Assembly: GCA_910583685.1 (NCBI GenBank)
Contig: CAJTXY010000004.1
Coordinates: 1-62,053, forward strand
Direction: 5' to 3'
From: an uncultured Bacilli bacterium
Lineage (GTDB): Bacteria; Bacillota_I; Bacilli_A; RF39; UBA660
DNA: 62,053 nucleotides
In this document: in pieces, positions 34,633 through 43,262 of the stretch
Layout: each line of letters starts with the position of its first letter
Position numbering within the stretch: the first letter of the stretch is position 1
Notes under the pieces: model-generated
Told to the model about the DNA's origin: nothing
Databases searched by the model: none
Seen by the model: the letters and a program-made list of their open reading frames with translations, nothing else
Program-made: the position numbers and the translations under genes

Positions 34633-34691
34633 CCTTTATAACTTTCTTTTTTGTCGTCAACTCTTAGGTTGACAACGAGGCAATAAAAAAA

Positions 34692-34877
34692 TTACTTAAA
34701 TAATTCTTCAAATGATTTATCAAAAAATTTCATAAGCAGTTTTGCCTCTGGTACAGAAAAAACTGATTTTCCTTGTTCCTTCAGACAATATGTCTTTGTA
34801 GAGTTATTAATGATTCTAGCAACTTGTTCCTGAGTGTATCCCAATTCTTTGCGTACCCCTATTAGTTTTCTATACAT
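34692..34877 (-). CDS. Cro-like XRE-family HTH regulator
   Basis: 61 aa with LGYTQEQVARIINNSTKTY HTH. Divergent from the cI-like gene. Confidence 0.8.
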   Translation of the reverse strand: MYRKLIGVRKELGYTQEQVARIINNSTKTYCLKEQGKSVFSVPEAKLLMKFFDKSFEELFK

Positions 34878-34927
34878 TTGATATTCCTCCTTTCTATCTT
34901 TTTGTAAACTTATTAGTTAACGAAATA

Positions 34928-34956
34928 AGTATACAATGAAAAAATTACATTGTCAA
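34928..34956 (-). promoter_or_regulatory. early lytic promoter (TTGACA-17-TATACT)
   Basis: -35 at 34951..34956 and -10 at 34928..34933 on the minus strand, upstream of cro. Confidence 0.6.
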
Positions 34957-34976
34957 CTAAAAAATTAACATTTTCG

Positions 34977-35005
34977 TTGTTTTATTTTTTTTTAAATGGT
35001 ATAAT
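34977..35005 (+). promoter_or_regulatory. repressor promoter (TTGTTT-17-TGgTATAAT)
   Basis: Extended -10 at 34997..35005. It would leave a very short leader before the cI-like gene. Confidence 0.55.
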
Positions 35006-35023
35006 ATAAATGAGGTGATGATT

Positions 35024-35449
35024 ATGGTATATGATCCAAATGCTAATAACCCAATCGATAATGATTTTCATAAAGTAATTTCTGATGCAATAAAGCAAGC
35101 AAGAAAAAATAAAGGTTATAGTTTAGAAGCTGTAGTCAAAAAGATGAAAACACCCGTATCTAGACAAGCTTTATATAAATATGAACAAAATAAAGATCAT
35201 TTAAAGCGAGAAAACTTTAAAGATTTATGTAATATACTAGATCTAAATCCTCACCTTATTCTATTACAGGCTTACCAGTATTTAGATTATACTCTAACGT
35301 ATAATACAAAATGGTCTACTAACAAAAATTTTGGTCAAAATATTTATATATGGAACATACTAAATAGTATAGAGGCAACTAATATCTTAAGCGAAGAAAA
35401 GAAAGAAAAACTTAAAACCATTGTAAAACAATTTTACAATATAGAATAA
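35024..35449 (+). CDS. CI-like XRE-family repressor
   Basis: HTH KGYSLEAVVKKMKTPVSRQALYKYE. Start set at ATG 35024, which is 6 nt after GAGGTG. Confidence 0.8.
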   Translation: MVYDPNANNPIDNDFHKVISDAIKQARKNKGYSLEAVVKKMKTPVSRQALYKYEQNKDHLKRENFKDLCNILDLNPHLILLQAYQYLDYTLTYNTKWSTNKNFGQNIYIWNILNSIEATNILSEEKKEKLKTIVKQFYNIE

Positions 35450-35494
35450 AAAAGACCTCGTGCTGTAACACGAAGTCAAATTTGAAAAATCACA

Positions 35495-35508
35495 AAAAGT
35501 CTACCAGG
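35495..35508. repeat. 14-bp inverted repeat, right copy
   Basis: AAAAGTCTACCAGG, the reverse complement of 34619..34632. Confidence 0.9.
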
Positions 35509-35535
35509 ACCTGTGAACAAAATACCAATCAAAGA

Positions 35536-35544
35536 TTGATATAA
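35536..35544 (+). promoter_or_regulatory. extended -10 element (TGATATAAT) upstream of int
   Basis: Match to TGnTATAAT about 50 nt upstream of the integrase ORF. No good -35. Confidence 0.35.
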
Positions 35545-35593
35545 TGCTTTGGATTTTTCTATTTCATTATATCAAATCTAACTATAAAAATCA

Positions 35594-36784
35594 ATGAAAA
35601 GAGATGATATAATGCCTGTTTATCAAAAGAAAAAGAAAGTTATAGATAAAAATGGAAATGAAAAAGAAGTGGTTGTAAAAACTAATGATGGTCGTTCGTG
35701 GATTTTTAGGACATATTATACTGATATGTACGGAAATAGAAAGCAGAAAAAGAGCGAAGCCTATCTTACTCAAAAAGAAGCCAAAGAGGCAGAAAGAGAG
35801 TTTTTAACCAAAGTATCTACATCAGACCAAGTAGATTCTAATATCAATTTTGAGTTAGTTTATAAAGAATGGCTAAACTTAAAACAAATGGTTTTAAAAC
35901 AAACTACTTATTATAGATTAGAAAAAAATTTAAATAAGAATATTTTAGAATTTTTTAATCAATATAAATTACATAGTATAAAATATAATACAATTATAAA
36001 TTGGAAAGAAAACTATCTAAAGAAAAGTAATATAAGTCTAAGATATCAAAATAGTATAATTGGATACTTCAAAGAAATAATGAGTTATGCAAAAGATAAT
36101 TATAACTATGATTCTAAAATTCTACCTAAAATACAGAAATACAGAATTGACAATACATATGCAAATAAACGAGAAGCTGAATGGAATTTCTGGACCTATG
36201 AAGAATTTAATTCATTTATTTCTGTTGTAGATGATCAACTCTATTATAAAATATTCAGTTTTTTGTATTTTACAGGACTTCGAATGGGAGAAATGATTGC
36301 TCTGTCTTGGAACGATGTCGATTTTAAAAATAAAACTATTAATGTAGATAAAAATTTTACAAATAAGTTAGGAACTGGTAATTACGCTATATTAGACCCA
36401 AAAACTGAAAATTCTATACGTATTGTGGATTTAGATGATGACCTCTTAAACCTGCTAAAAAATCATTATTTAAACGAGTCTAAAATATATCATTTTTCTA
36501 AAGAAATGTTCTTGTTTGGAAATATTAAGCCGATATCCCCTACTACGTTAGAAAGAAAACTAAAAAAATATATTAATATAGCCGAAATAAAACGCATAAC
36601 GCCTCATGGCTTTAGACACAGTCATGTATCACTATTAATTCATTTGGAATGTGATAGCCGTGATGTAGCCACTAGAATTGGTGATACTGTAGAGATGGTA
36701 GAAAAAACTTATTATCATATGTTTCCTCATAAGAAAAATATAACAATAAACACTCTTAATTCCTTTAAAAAATCGAAAAAATAA
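35594..36784 (+). CDS. int: tyrosine integrase
   Basis: FTGLRMGEMIAL (Arg I), HGFRHSHVSLL (HxxR), EKTYYHM (Tyr). Adjacent to attR and the tRNA. An alternative start is at 35612. Confidence 0.9.
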   Translation: MKRDDIMPVYQKKKKVIDKNGNEKEVVVKTNDGRSWIFRTYYTDMYGNRKQKKSEAYLTQKEAKEAEREFLTKVSTSDQVDSNINFELVYKEWLNLKQMVLKQTTYYRLEKNLNKNILEFFNQYKLHSIKYNTIINWKENYLKKSNISLRYQNSIIGYFKEIMSYAKDNYNYDSKILPKIQKYRIDNTYANKREAEWNFWTYEEFNSFISVVDDQLYYKIFSFLYFTGLRMGEMIALSWNDVDFKNKTINVDKNFTNKLGTGNYAILDPKTENSIRIVDLDDDLLNLLKNHYLNESKIYHFSKEMFLFGNIKPISPTTLERKLKKYINIAEIKRITPHGFRHSHVSLLIHLECDSRDVATRIGDTVEMVEKTYYHMFPHKKNITINTLNSFKKSKK

Positions 36785-36801
36785 GTCCTCGATAAGTCCT
36801 C
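36782..36801. repeat. TAAGTCCTC x2 tandem, candidate integrase arm-type sites (P arm)
   Basis: TAAGTCCTCGATAAGTCCTC starts at the int stop codon. Its counterpart is at 7841..7860. Confidence 0.6.
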
Positions 36802-36821
36802 TAATTGTTATTACATAACAA

Positions 36822-36842
36822 AACCCTTGATATACAAGGGTT
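36822..36842. terminator. 8-bp perfect hairpin after int
   Basis: AACCCTTG / ATATA / CAAGGGTT. Confidence 0.45.
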
Positions 36843-36850
36843 AAATTCTA

Positions 36851-36869
36851 AATGGTGCGGGTAACAGGA
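36851..36869. repeat. attR core
   Basis: Identical to 7719..7737. Overlaps the 3' end of tRNA-Leu. Confidence 0.85.
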
Positions 36870-36937
36870 GTTGAACCTGCAAGGGTTGCCCCGCTAGATC
36901 CTAAGTCTAGTGCGTCTGCCAATTCCGCCATACCCGC
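36853..36937 (-). tRNA. tRNA-Leu (anticodon UAG), CCA encoded
   Basis: Hand-folded: acceptor GCGGGTA/TACCCGC, anticodon arm CTAGA-CTTAGGA-TCTAG, long variable arm, T-loop TTCAACT. Confidence 0.85.
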
Positions 36938-36946
36938 ATTTTTTAG

Positions 36947-37023
36947 TGGTGGACCCTGGTGGACTCGAACCACCGACCGTCCGGTTATGAGCCGGATGCT
37001 CTAACCAACTGAGCTAAGGGTCC
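36947..37023 (-). tRNA. tRNA with CAU anticodon (elongator Met or lysidine-dependent Ile2), CCA encoded
   Basis: Hand-folded: GGACCCT acceptor, GCTC/GAGC D-stem, TCCGG-CTCATAA-CCGGA, GGTGG-TTCGAGT-CCACC. The G1-C72 pair argues against an initiator. Confidence 0.85.
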
Positions 37024-37034
37024 ATTGCCTTTTA

Positions 37035-37063
37035 ATCATATCATAAGTTTCTAAAGTGTGCAA
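37035..37063 (-). promoter_or_regulatory. candidate tRNA operon promoter (TTGCAC-17-TATGAT)
   Basis: -35 at 37058..37063 and -10 at 37035..37040 on the minus strand, about 12 nt upstream of the first tRNA. Confidence 0.45.
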
Positions 37064-37072
37064 TAGAAAAAT

Positions 37073-37097
37073 GAAAAAAAGAGCAAATTCGCTCTTA
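37073..37097 (-). terminator. terminator after 37095..37511
   Basis: AAGAGC / GAATTT / GCTCTT followed by T7 on the minus strand. Overlaps the stop codon. Confidence 0.55.
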
Positions 37098-37511
37098 CTT
37101 TTGTAACATATTTAATAAATTAATTTTAAACATATCCTTTTCTGGATTTGTCTTAGAAATCATAACACCTTTATAGGTAGAAAGCTCTGCACGATGACCT
37201 TCATCTAAAATACCCTCTGGTGTAATATTAGTAAGTAAAATAATTTTCTTATCAGTATACACAGTATAATGAACTCGAATTTCTCCATGTACTTTTGCAA
37301 ATAGATCATCTGTTGGTAATTTCAACTCATAGGAAATCGTTTTATCCTTCTCGTTACGAGAAACCTCTTCCCCTAGGAAATTACCTTTACGTAATTCTGG
37401 ATAATAGCTAAAAGTAAGTTTTTTATAAGCCAACATATTATACTTTCTTACTGATCTTTCCTTTTTACGAAAATCATTTTCATCTAAATATTCAAATATA
37501 AATCCTTCCAT
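37095..37511 (-). CDS. hypothetical 138-aa protein
   Basis: ORF with its own terminator. No family assigned. Confidence 0.55.
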   Translation of the reverse strand: MEGFIFEYLDENDFRKKERSVRKYNMLAYKKLTFSYYPELRKGNFLGEEVSRNEKDKTISYELKLPTDDLFAKVHGEIRVHYTVYTDKKIILLTNITPEGILDEGHRAELSTYKGVMISKTNPEKDMFKINLLNMLQK

Positions 37512-37583
37512 ATATTCAACCCCCCGTTTTACTAATTGAAGACCCCTGTATCTTCAAAGTAAACATATTATAACACAATTGTA

Positions 37584-39734
37584 TTATTTTGTCAAACTTT
37601 TTGTTAATTCTTGTTCTGTGTCCATTGAACTGGCAGCAGCCATCTCCTCTACATAATTATCGATGTATGCCTCTGCAGCAACTTCACTTTCTTGAATATT
37701 ATATTCTTCCTCAGCAAAGTCATAATCATTCTCTAAAACAGCTGGATCAGGCAATTCTCCTTCACTACTTCCCGTACCATCTACAATAAGATCAACAGTA
37801 GAATCAACTAAGTTTCCTTCGGCATCTTTATTCTCTTCAGTAAATTCAGTTCCAGAGCCTAGGTCATCTTCCGTAATACTTCCTTCGCTATTAGCCTGAT
37901 CAAGTGTTTCTTGATATTCTTGATCCTTCTCTTCTACTTCCTTATCAAGCTGTTCCTTCTCTACATCCTCTTCTTCTTGCATCTGTTTTTGAGTCTCCTC
38001 AGCATCAGCTTCTGCCTTTTCCTGAGCAACTGTATTTTCCTCTTCTATTTTTTCATCGTTTTCTCTACTATCTTCTTCTGGTAAGGATTCCTCTTCACTA
38101 GTATCATCTACGGAGTCTACCCATTCTATACTTTCTTCCTCTTCCGAAATCTCATAATATCTTTCTGAAGTCATCGGCATAGAAACACTTTCAACAGCAA
38201 TATCTTCAGGCACTTGATAAGCAGCACTCACCACATAATCTGAAGTAAATACTTTATCATCAAGATTACCAACACGTTGATTAATCTTATTATTTAGGTT
38301 CCTAAAACCTTCATTCAAGTCATTATTAAGAATCTCTTTTAATGATCGATTATAATCATTCTCATTTTCATTATCAATAAGGGTACCTACTTTACTAGTT
38401 CTAGTGCTAACATAATCATTTACTAAATAACCAGTAGCAGCACCACCAATACAAAGAGCAGCAATACCAGCAGCAATTCTAGGATGTTTCATAATCGCTT
38501 TTCCCAACTTAGACACTTTCTGTGAAACCCAATTGATAGCGGGACGAAAAACATTGGCAATTGCATCTTTAACACTTGTTGCTCCAAGAATCATATAATG
38601 CTTTAGCCTTTCCAATCTAGAAAGATTTTGTGGTAAATAGCTCATAAAACTTTTTACTGTAGAAAAAGTAGAAAACTGTTCTTCAAATTCTTCAGCAGTC
38701 AAGTCAGAAACAATTCCTTGCTTAATGGCATCCTCTATTGACATTTTTTCACCAGTGGCTTCTTCTATAGCACTTAATAACTCATCTTCATAACTACAAT
38801 CTCCATTAGAAACTTGAATATTTTTAACTTGGCCATCGTCATAGAAAACACAAGCCTGTTTTACTTCCCTTACCTCATCATAATATTCTTGATGAAAATG
38901 ATACATTACTATTTTAGAAACCTTACTCACTTCCTCTTTTTCATAAAAAGCAACAGAGATTAGACCTTGTTCAATAGCCTCTTCTAACTTCATATCATTT
39001 TCATTTAAAAAATATCCAACATCCACATATGCTAATTGATTAAAATTCCCGTCTTCTAAAATACTCGAAACAACCTGGTTCCCATTTTTATCACAGAAAC
39101 TAAAAACTGCTTCATTTTGATTAGCTAAAAGACCATCAAGAAAACTACATTCTTTATAAATCTCTGTTGCATAAGGTATCATATTTTCGGAACCAACGGA
39201 AATGCGAATTTCCTGAGCAGCCTCAGGAAAAGGCATATTCTTCTCTCGTACTTTCATATAAACATAACCACAAACCCAAGGATTTATTTTTCCATTTTCA
39301 TCAAGCAGAAGTACAAACTCATCAGTAGACATACCAGAATGTCTAAAAATCAATTCTCTTGCATCAGCAATTTCTCTTTCATCAAACTCAAACAAAGGAG
39401 GCTCTTCCACTTCTTCTACTGAAGTAGCAATAACTTCATCAGCTTCTTCCTCACTTTGCATACCTTGCATACTACTTATTTGCAACTTAAAGTCTTCCCA
39501 CAAATCATCTGGCAAATCACTTTCTGCTAAAACATCGCTGCCTTCTTCTGCAATACGATTTTTAATATACTCAAGTGTATATTGATTGTAATTTCCTTTC
39601 TCATCAAAAAGTGGCATAGAAGAAACTCCTCGAATATCTTCTGCAAAAAAGACTACTTTCTCACTTGTATCTCCATTTTCATGTACATCCTGATTAGTAA
39701 GCAAAAAGTTTTTTCCTAAATCTTTAAAATTCAT
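37584..39734 (-). CDS. large single-TM protein with an internally repetitive N-terminal half and an extremely acidic C-terminal half
   Basis: Recurrent ...E(E/D)AI(E/K)QG(L/I)(I/V)S... motif. TM is IAAGIAALCIGGAATGYLV. Long Glu/Asp-rich tail. Confidence 0.6.
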   Translation of the reverse strand: MNFKDLGKNFLLTNQDVHENGDTSEKVVFFAEDIRGVSSMPLFDEKGNYNQYTLEYIKNRIAEEGSDVLAESDLPDDLWEDFKLQISSMQGMQSEEEADEVIATSVEEVEEPPLFEFDEREIADARELIFRHSGMSTDEFVLLLDENGKINPWVCGYVYMKVREKNMPFPEAAQEIRISVGSENMIPYATEIYKECSFLDGLLANQNEAVFSFCDKNGNQVVSSILEDGNFNQLAYVDVGYFLNENDMKLEEAIEQGLISVAFYEKEEVSKVSKIVMYHFHQEYYDEVREVKQACVFYDDGQVKNIQVSNGDCSYEDELLSAIEEATGEKMSIEDAIKQGIVSDLTAEEFEEQFSTFSTVKSFMSYLPQNLSRLERLKHYMILGATSVKDAIANVFRPAINWVSQKVSKLGKAIMKHPRIAAGIAALCIGGAATGYLVNDYVSTRTSKVGTLIDNENENDYNRSLKEILNNDLNEGFRNLNNKINQRVGNLDDKVFTSDYVVSAAYQVPEDIAVESVSMPMTSERYYEISEEEESIEWVDSVDDTSEEESLPEEDSRENDEKIEEENTVAQEKAEADAEETQKQMQEEEDVEKEQLDKEVEEKDQEYQETLDQANSEGSITEDDLGSGTEFTEENKDAEGNLVDSTVDLIVDGTGSSEGELPDPAVLENDYDFAEEEYNIQESEVAAEAYIDNYVEEMAAASSMDTEQELTKSLTK

Positions 39735-39756
39735 AACCGAACCCTCCTAAATATAT

Positions 39757-41175
39757 TTATCCTTTCTTATTTCCTGTATAATGATAACCATTATTTAAAA
39801 GTGTGACATCATTATAACTACTCCATTTTGTATCTGTTTTTCCCTGATTAATAACACTTCTTGTTTTAACACTTTGATAGCATACCGTGCCATATAAAGG
39901 CTCTTTTCGAACTGCCTTCTCATAGGTTGTAACCGCGCCATAAATAGGCACTGTCTTTTTAGTAATTCCCACACAATTTACTGCCAAAGATTGATTGGCC
40001 AACGTTTTAATTGTCTGAGAAGAAATAGCATTAGTCACTGCACCAATCTGCCCTGTATAAGTATATACATCATATATTTTTTTAGGAGCAACAGAACAAG
40101 TACTATTACAACTACTAAAATCCGCTTGTACATATTTATAACGTGTCGTTAATGTATCATTAGGTGGAGATGCATAACTCTTTCTACCTTCATAACGCCA
40201 TCCCGAAACGCTTGCCTGATTAGCATTTGTTACATAATTGATTGTAGTATAAGGATTTGTGATAACATAAAGTGTATTATTGTAAGAAATGTAATCATAA
40301 TTGGCACAAACCTGTTGCTCATAACTGTTTAATTGCCGAAATTCATCCCTTCCAGCAACATACTCCTTATCATAAGTTCCAACCTTCTCTTTTCTCTTAT
40401 AAATCTGTACTTTTTTAACACAACTAGGATTACTATCATCACAACCATAAGCAGTAGTATTGCAACTTGCTCTCTCCCAGTTAGACCAACGAGACCAGTC
40501 AGAATACTTCGCCCCTGTTGTCTTTTGATACTCATACTGATACCCTGGCACAACCTCAGGAACAGATACAGGTGGTTCTTCTACCTTATGATCGACAGCT
40601 GGCAAAGTAGAACTAGAAGAATTAGTCGTAGACTTTCCTGTTCCAAAAGAAACCTCTTTTTTAGGCTTGGACTTTTCTACTGCAATCTCTGTTTCTTTTT
40701 TAGCACAAATATCAGAATCACAATATTCATAATTTCCCATATGTACTAGAACATAATCCTCTTCTTTACTACATTTTAAATTGACTTTCATCAAGTATTC
40801 ACTATCAAGTTTAGTAACTCTAACATAAGACTTTTTAATATCACAAGCCTTATTATGTTGATCCACAAGTGGTACAATGAGTTTTTTCTTTATCATCTCA
40901 GAAAGGTTAATCTCATCCTTCTCTCCTACCGCTTTAGGAAGTCTAGTTGCAGTATAATAATCTACTCCTACTTTCTGCATCTTACCCAAATTATCTAAAA
41001 AAATCTGGTTATTAAGCGGAGAAGAATCCTTTACTTTATCAATGTTGTCCACTTTTTTATAGGTAGTCTTAGGAACTAACCAAATAAGCAAAAACACAAA
41101 TATAACAACAAATATTAGCTTTAATAAAAATTTGCGAAGCACAAATCCCTTTGCTTCATACTCTTCCGTATACAT
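39757..41175 (-). CDS. N-terminally anchored Cys-rich surface protein with a WSxWSxW (thrombospondin type-1-like) motif
   Basis: TM near the N-terminus. YSDWSRWSNWERASCNTTAYGCDDSNPSC at about residues 224-252. Confidence 0.6.
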   Translation of the reverse strand: MYTEEYEAKGFVLRKFLLKLIFVVIFVFLLIWLVPKTTYKKVDNIDKVKDSSPLNNQIFLDNLGKMQKVGVDYYTATRLPKAVGEKDEINLSEMIKKKLIVPLVDQHNKACDIKKSYVRVTKLDSEYLMKVNLKCSKEEDYVLVHMGNYEYCDSDICAKKETEIAVEKSKPKKEVSFGTGKSTTNSSSSTLPAVDHKVEEPPVSVPEVVPGYQYEYQKTTGAKYSDWSRWSNWERASCNTTAYGCDDSNPSCVKKVQIYKRKEKVGTYDKEYVAGRDEFRQLNSYEQQVCANYDYISYNNTLYVITNPYTTINYVTNANQASVSGWRYEGRKSYASPPNDTLTTRYKYVQADFSSCNSTCSVAPKKIYDVYTYTGQIGAVTNAISSQTIKTLANQSLAVNCVGITKKTVPIYGAVTTYEKAVRKEPLYGTVCYQSVKTRSVINQGKTDTKWSSYNDVTLLNNGYHYTGNKKG

Positions 41176-41238
41176 AAAGATCCCCTTTCTGATCTAAGTG
41201 GCCTATATAATACCACAAATGTTTGATTTTGTCAAATA

Positions 41239-41487
41239 TTACTTAAGTTTTACCAATGTACAACCAGGATTAAAAAAATCAATTTTATACTCTCTCACAG
41301 AGTGATGATACCTAAGTACTTCCTGTGTTGTCTTTCTAAGAATTCCACTACCAATGCCATGAATAATTACAAATTCCTTATTCTTCATTCTCACTTGATC
41401 ATCTATAAATTCTTCTATCAAGATTTTTGCATAAACTCTATCTAACCCGTGAAGATCCAAACTAGGCATTCTACTATATAATTTCAT
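41239..41487 (-). CDS. Smr-domain protein
   Basis: LDLHGL...VIIHGIGSGILR is typical of the small MutS-related domain. Confidence 0.75.
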   Translation of the reverse strand: MKLYSRMPSLDLHGLDRVYAKILIEEFIDDQVRMKNKEFVIIHGIGSGILRKTTQEVLRYHHSVREYKIDFFNPGCTLVKLK

Positions 41488-42379
41488 AGTCTTCTCTTAC
41501 CTCTAACACTTCTTTTAATGTCGGAATCGAAAATCTTCCACCAACTTTTAAAACAGATAACGCTCCCGTTATATTAGCAAGCCTCACCGCCTCATCAAGA
41601 GAATAATGATTTCCTAAAAAATAGGCAAGAGCCCCGTGAAAAATATCGCCAGCACCCGTAGAATCTACCGCTTTTACTTGAATACTAGGAATAATTTTAT
41701 AATCGTCACTTTTTACAAAAGCACCATATGCTTCCAAAGTAATAATAACAATATTTTGAAAATAATCCTCAAGTTTTTTATGGATTTGTGCCAAAAAAGC
41801 AATATCATAGTGATCAATTTTGGTTTTTGTAAAACTCTCAGCAAAATCCTTAGAACAAGCAAGTACCTTTACTTTTTTACCTAACAGTAAAGTGGATTCC
41901 TTTAAAGTACCAGCATCTAATATAGAAAGAGCATCTCCTTTAGCATTCAAAACTTTAAATGCAGCATCCATCTCATCTCCATCTACTAAAATCACATCTC
42001 CATCTACTAAAACTTCACTTTGTACTAAATTATTTTTACTACTATCTTTAGATGTAATAATAGTTCTAGAACCATTAGATCGATTGGCAACAATATAACT
42101 AGTTGACGTTTTAAAGTCTTCCCGTTGCTCTAAATAACAAATATCAACTCCAACATCTTGAAACTCTTTTTTTATTTGATCTCCATAATAGTCTTTTCCA
42201 ACCGCTCCAACAAAACTCGTATTAACTCCCCATTTTGCAAGCAAATACGCAGCATTACTAGCAGGCCCTCCACCACACTCTACAGTACTCTCAATTCTAT
42301 ATTTAGTATTCTCAGTAGGATAAGCCTCTACTGGTAAAGTAATATCATAAGATATATGTCCAACACAAATTGCTTTCAT
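41474..42379 (-). CDS. PfkB-family carbohydrate kinase
   Basis: GGGPASNAA and DSTGAGDIFHGA motifs. Confidence 0.85.
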   Translation of the reverse strand: MKAICVGHISYDITLPVEAYPTENTKYRIESTVECGGGPASNAAYLLAKWGVNTSFVGAVGKDYYGDQIKKEFQDVGVDICYLEQREDFKTSTSYIVANRSNGSRTIITSKDSSKNNLVQSEVLVDGDVILVDGDEMDAAFKVLNAKGDALSILDAGTLKESTLLLGKKVKVLACSKDFAESFTKTKIDHYDIAFLAQIHKKLEDYFQNIVIITLEAYGAFVKSDDYKIIPSIQVKAVDSTGAGDIFHGALAYFLGNHYSLDEAVRLANITGALSVLKVGGRFSIPTLKEVLEVREDYEII

Positions 42380-42465
42380 AGTATTATCACCTATTATCTA
42401 TTATAACAATAAATAGAGCTCTTTAAAATAAGAAAAAAGATATTTTACAATATCAATAGACAAAA

Positions 42466-42502
42466 ACAAAAAAATTGTTATCTCCTCATAGTAAGATAAC
42501 AA
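42466..42502 (-). terminator. rho-independent terminator
   Basis: 9-bp stem TTGTTATCT/AGATAACAA followed by a T-run on the minus strand. Confidence 0.6.
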
Positions 42503-42530
42503 CTTTTTATATAAATCCTAAAAAAGCAAA

Positions 42531-43166
42531 TTAATATGATTTTACTAAATTACCATTAACATATACATCTGTACGTATAAAAGGATCAATATTTGTCTCA
42601 AGATTACACTGATAGATCTTTTCAATATACGATTTTGTTGCAGCATCAAACTGTTCAACGACAGAATAATAAGTTAATTTATTATTTTTATAATATTCTA
42701 CTCTTAGTAAAGTAACATTATCATTTGCATAAATAGAAGTAGTTCTATCATAATAAATTGCTGGTATTACTGGCTCTATAGTAGTATTTGTCTTATTTTG
42801 ATTTTCTGTACTACCAGTACTATTTACATCCTTTTCTGAAATACTACTAGCACTTGGTTGTTTATAGGTATTATTATGATTCGTTGACTTTTCTGTCTTA
42901 GTAACAGTAGTTTCTTGCTTATCAACACTAGCTTCACTATTTTGAGAATTATCATCTGAATCTTTAACATCAGATAATGAAGTAGAATCGCTAGCAACCA
43001 CACTTTTATCTACAGTTTTAGAGGCAACTGTTATATCTTTCCTATTGGAAGACTGTGCTTGTTTAGCAGTAGTATGTACTTTATCAAAAATTGGTAAAGT
43101 CTTAGCAGAAACACCACCAACGATAACAACACCTGCAAATGCAATGATTAAATACTTTTTAAACAT
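42531..43166 (-). CDS. secreted/anchored protein with a Ser/Thr-rich linker
   Basis: N-terminal signal/anchor, low-complexity middle, folded C-terminal ~80 aa. Confidence 0.6.
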   Translation of the reverse strand: MFKKYLIIAFAGVVIVGGVSAKTLPIFDKVHTTAKQAQSSNRKDITVASKTVDKSVVASDSTSLSDVKDSDDNSQNSEASVDKQETTVTKTEKSTNHNNTYKQPSASSISEKDVNSTGSTENQNKTNTTIEPVIPAIYYDRTTSIYANDNVTLLRVEYYKNNKLTYYSVVEQFDAATKSYIEKIYQCNLETNIDPFIRTDVYVNGNLVKSY

Positions 43167-43262
43167 ATTTCATCCCTCCTAGTCACACATATTATAGCAC
43201 ATTTTTTAAAAAATACCACAATATAAAATTAATATTCTAGAGAAAAGATAGAGCGAAAAAGC

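Larger units (their letters stand above)
7719..36869. mobile_element. complete HK97-like siphovirus prophage (~29 kb) integrated in tRNA-Leu(UAG)
   Basis: Bounded by a 19-bp direct repeat that equals the tRNA 3' end. Integrase lies at the tRNA-proximal end. Lysogeny, replication, packaging, head, tail and lysis modules are all present. Confidence 0.9.

Noticed and set aside
37095-37511. RelE/ParE-like toxin (RVHYTVYTDKKIILLTNITP strand motif)
   Set aside because: The resemblance is limited to one beta-strand-like stretch. The protein is 138 aa, has no adjacent antitoxin ORF, and has its own terminator. This is insufficient for a call.
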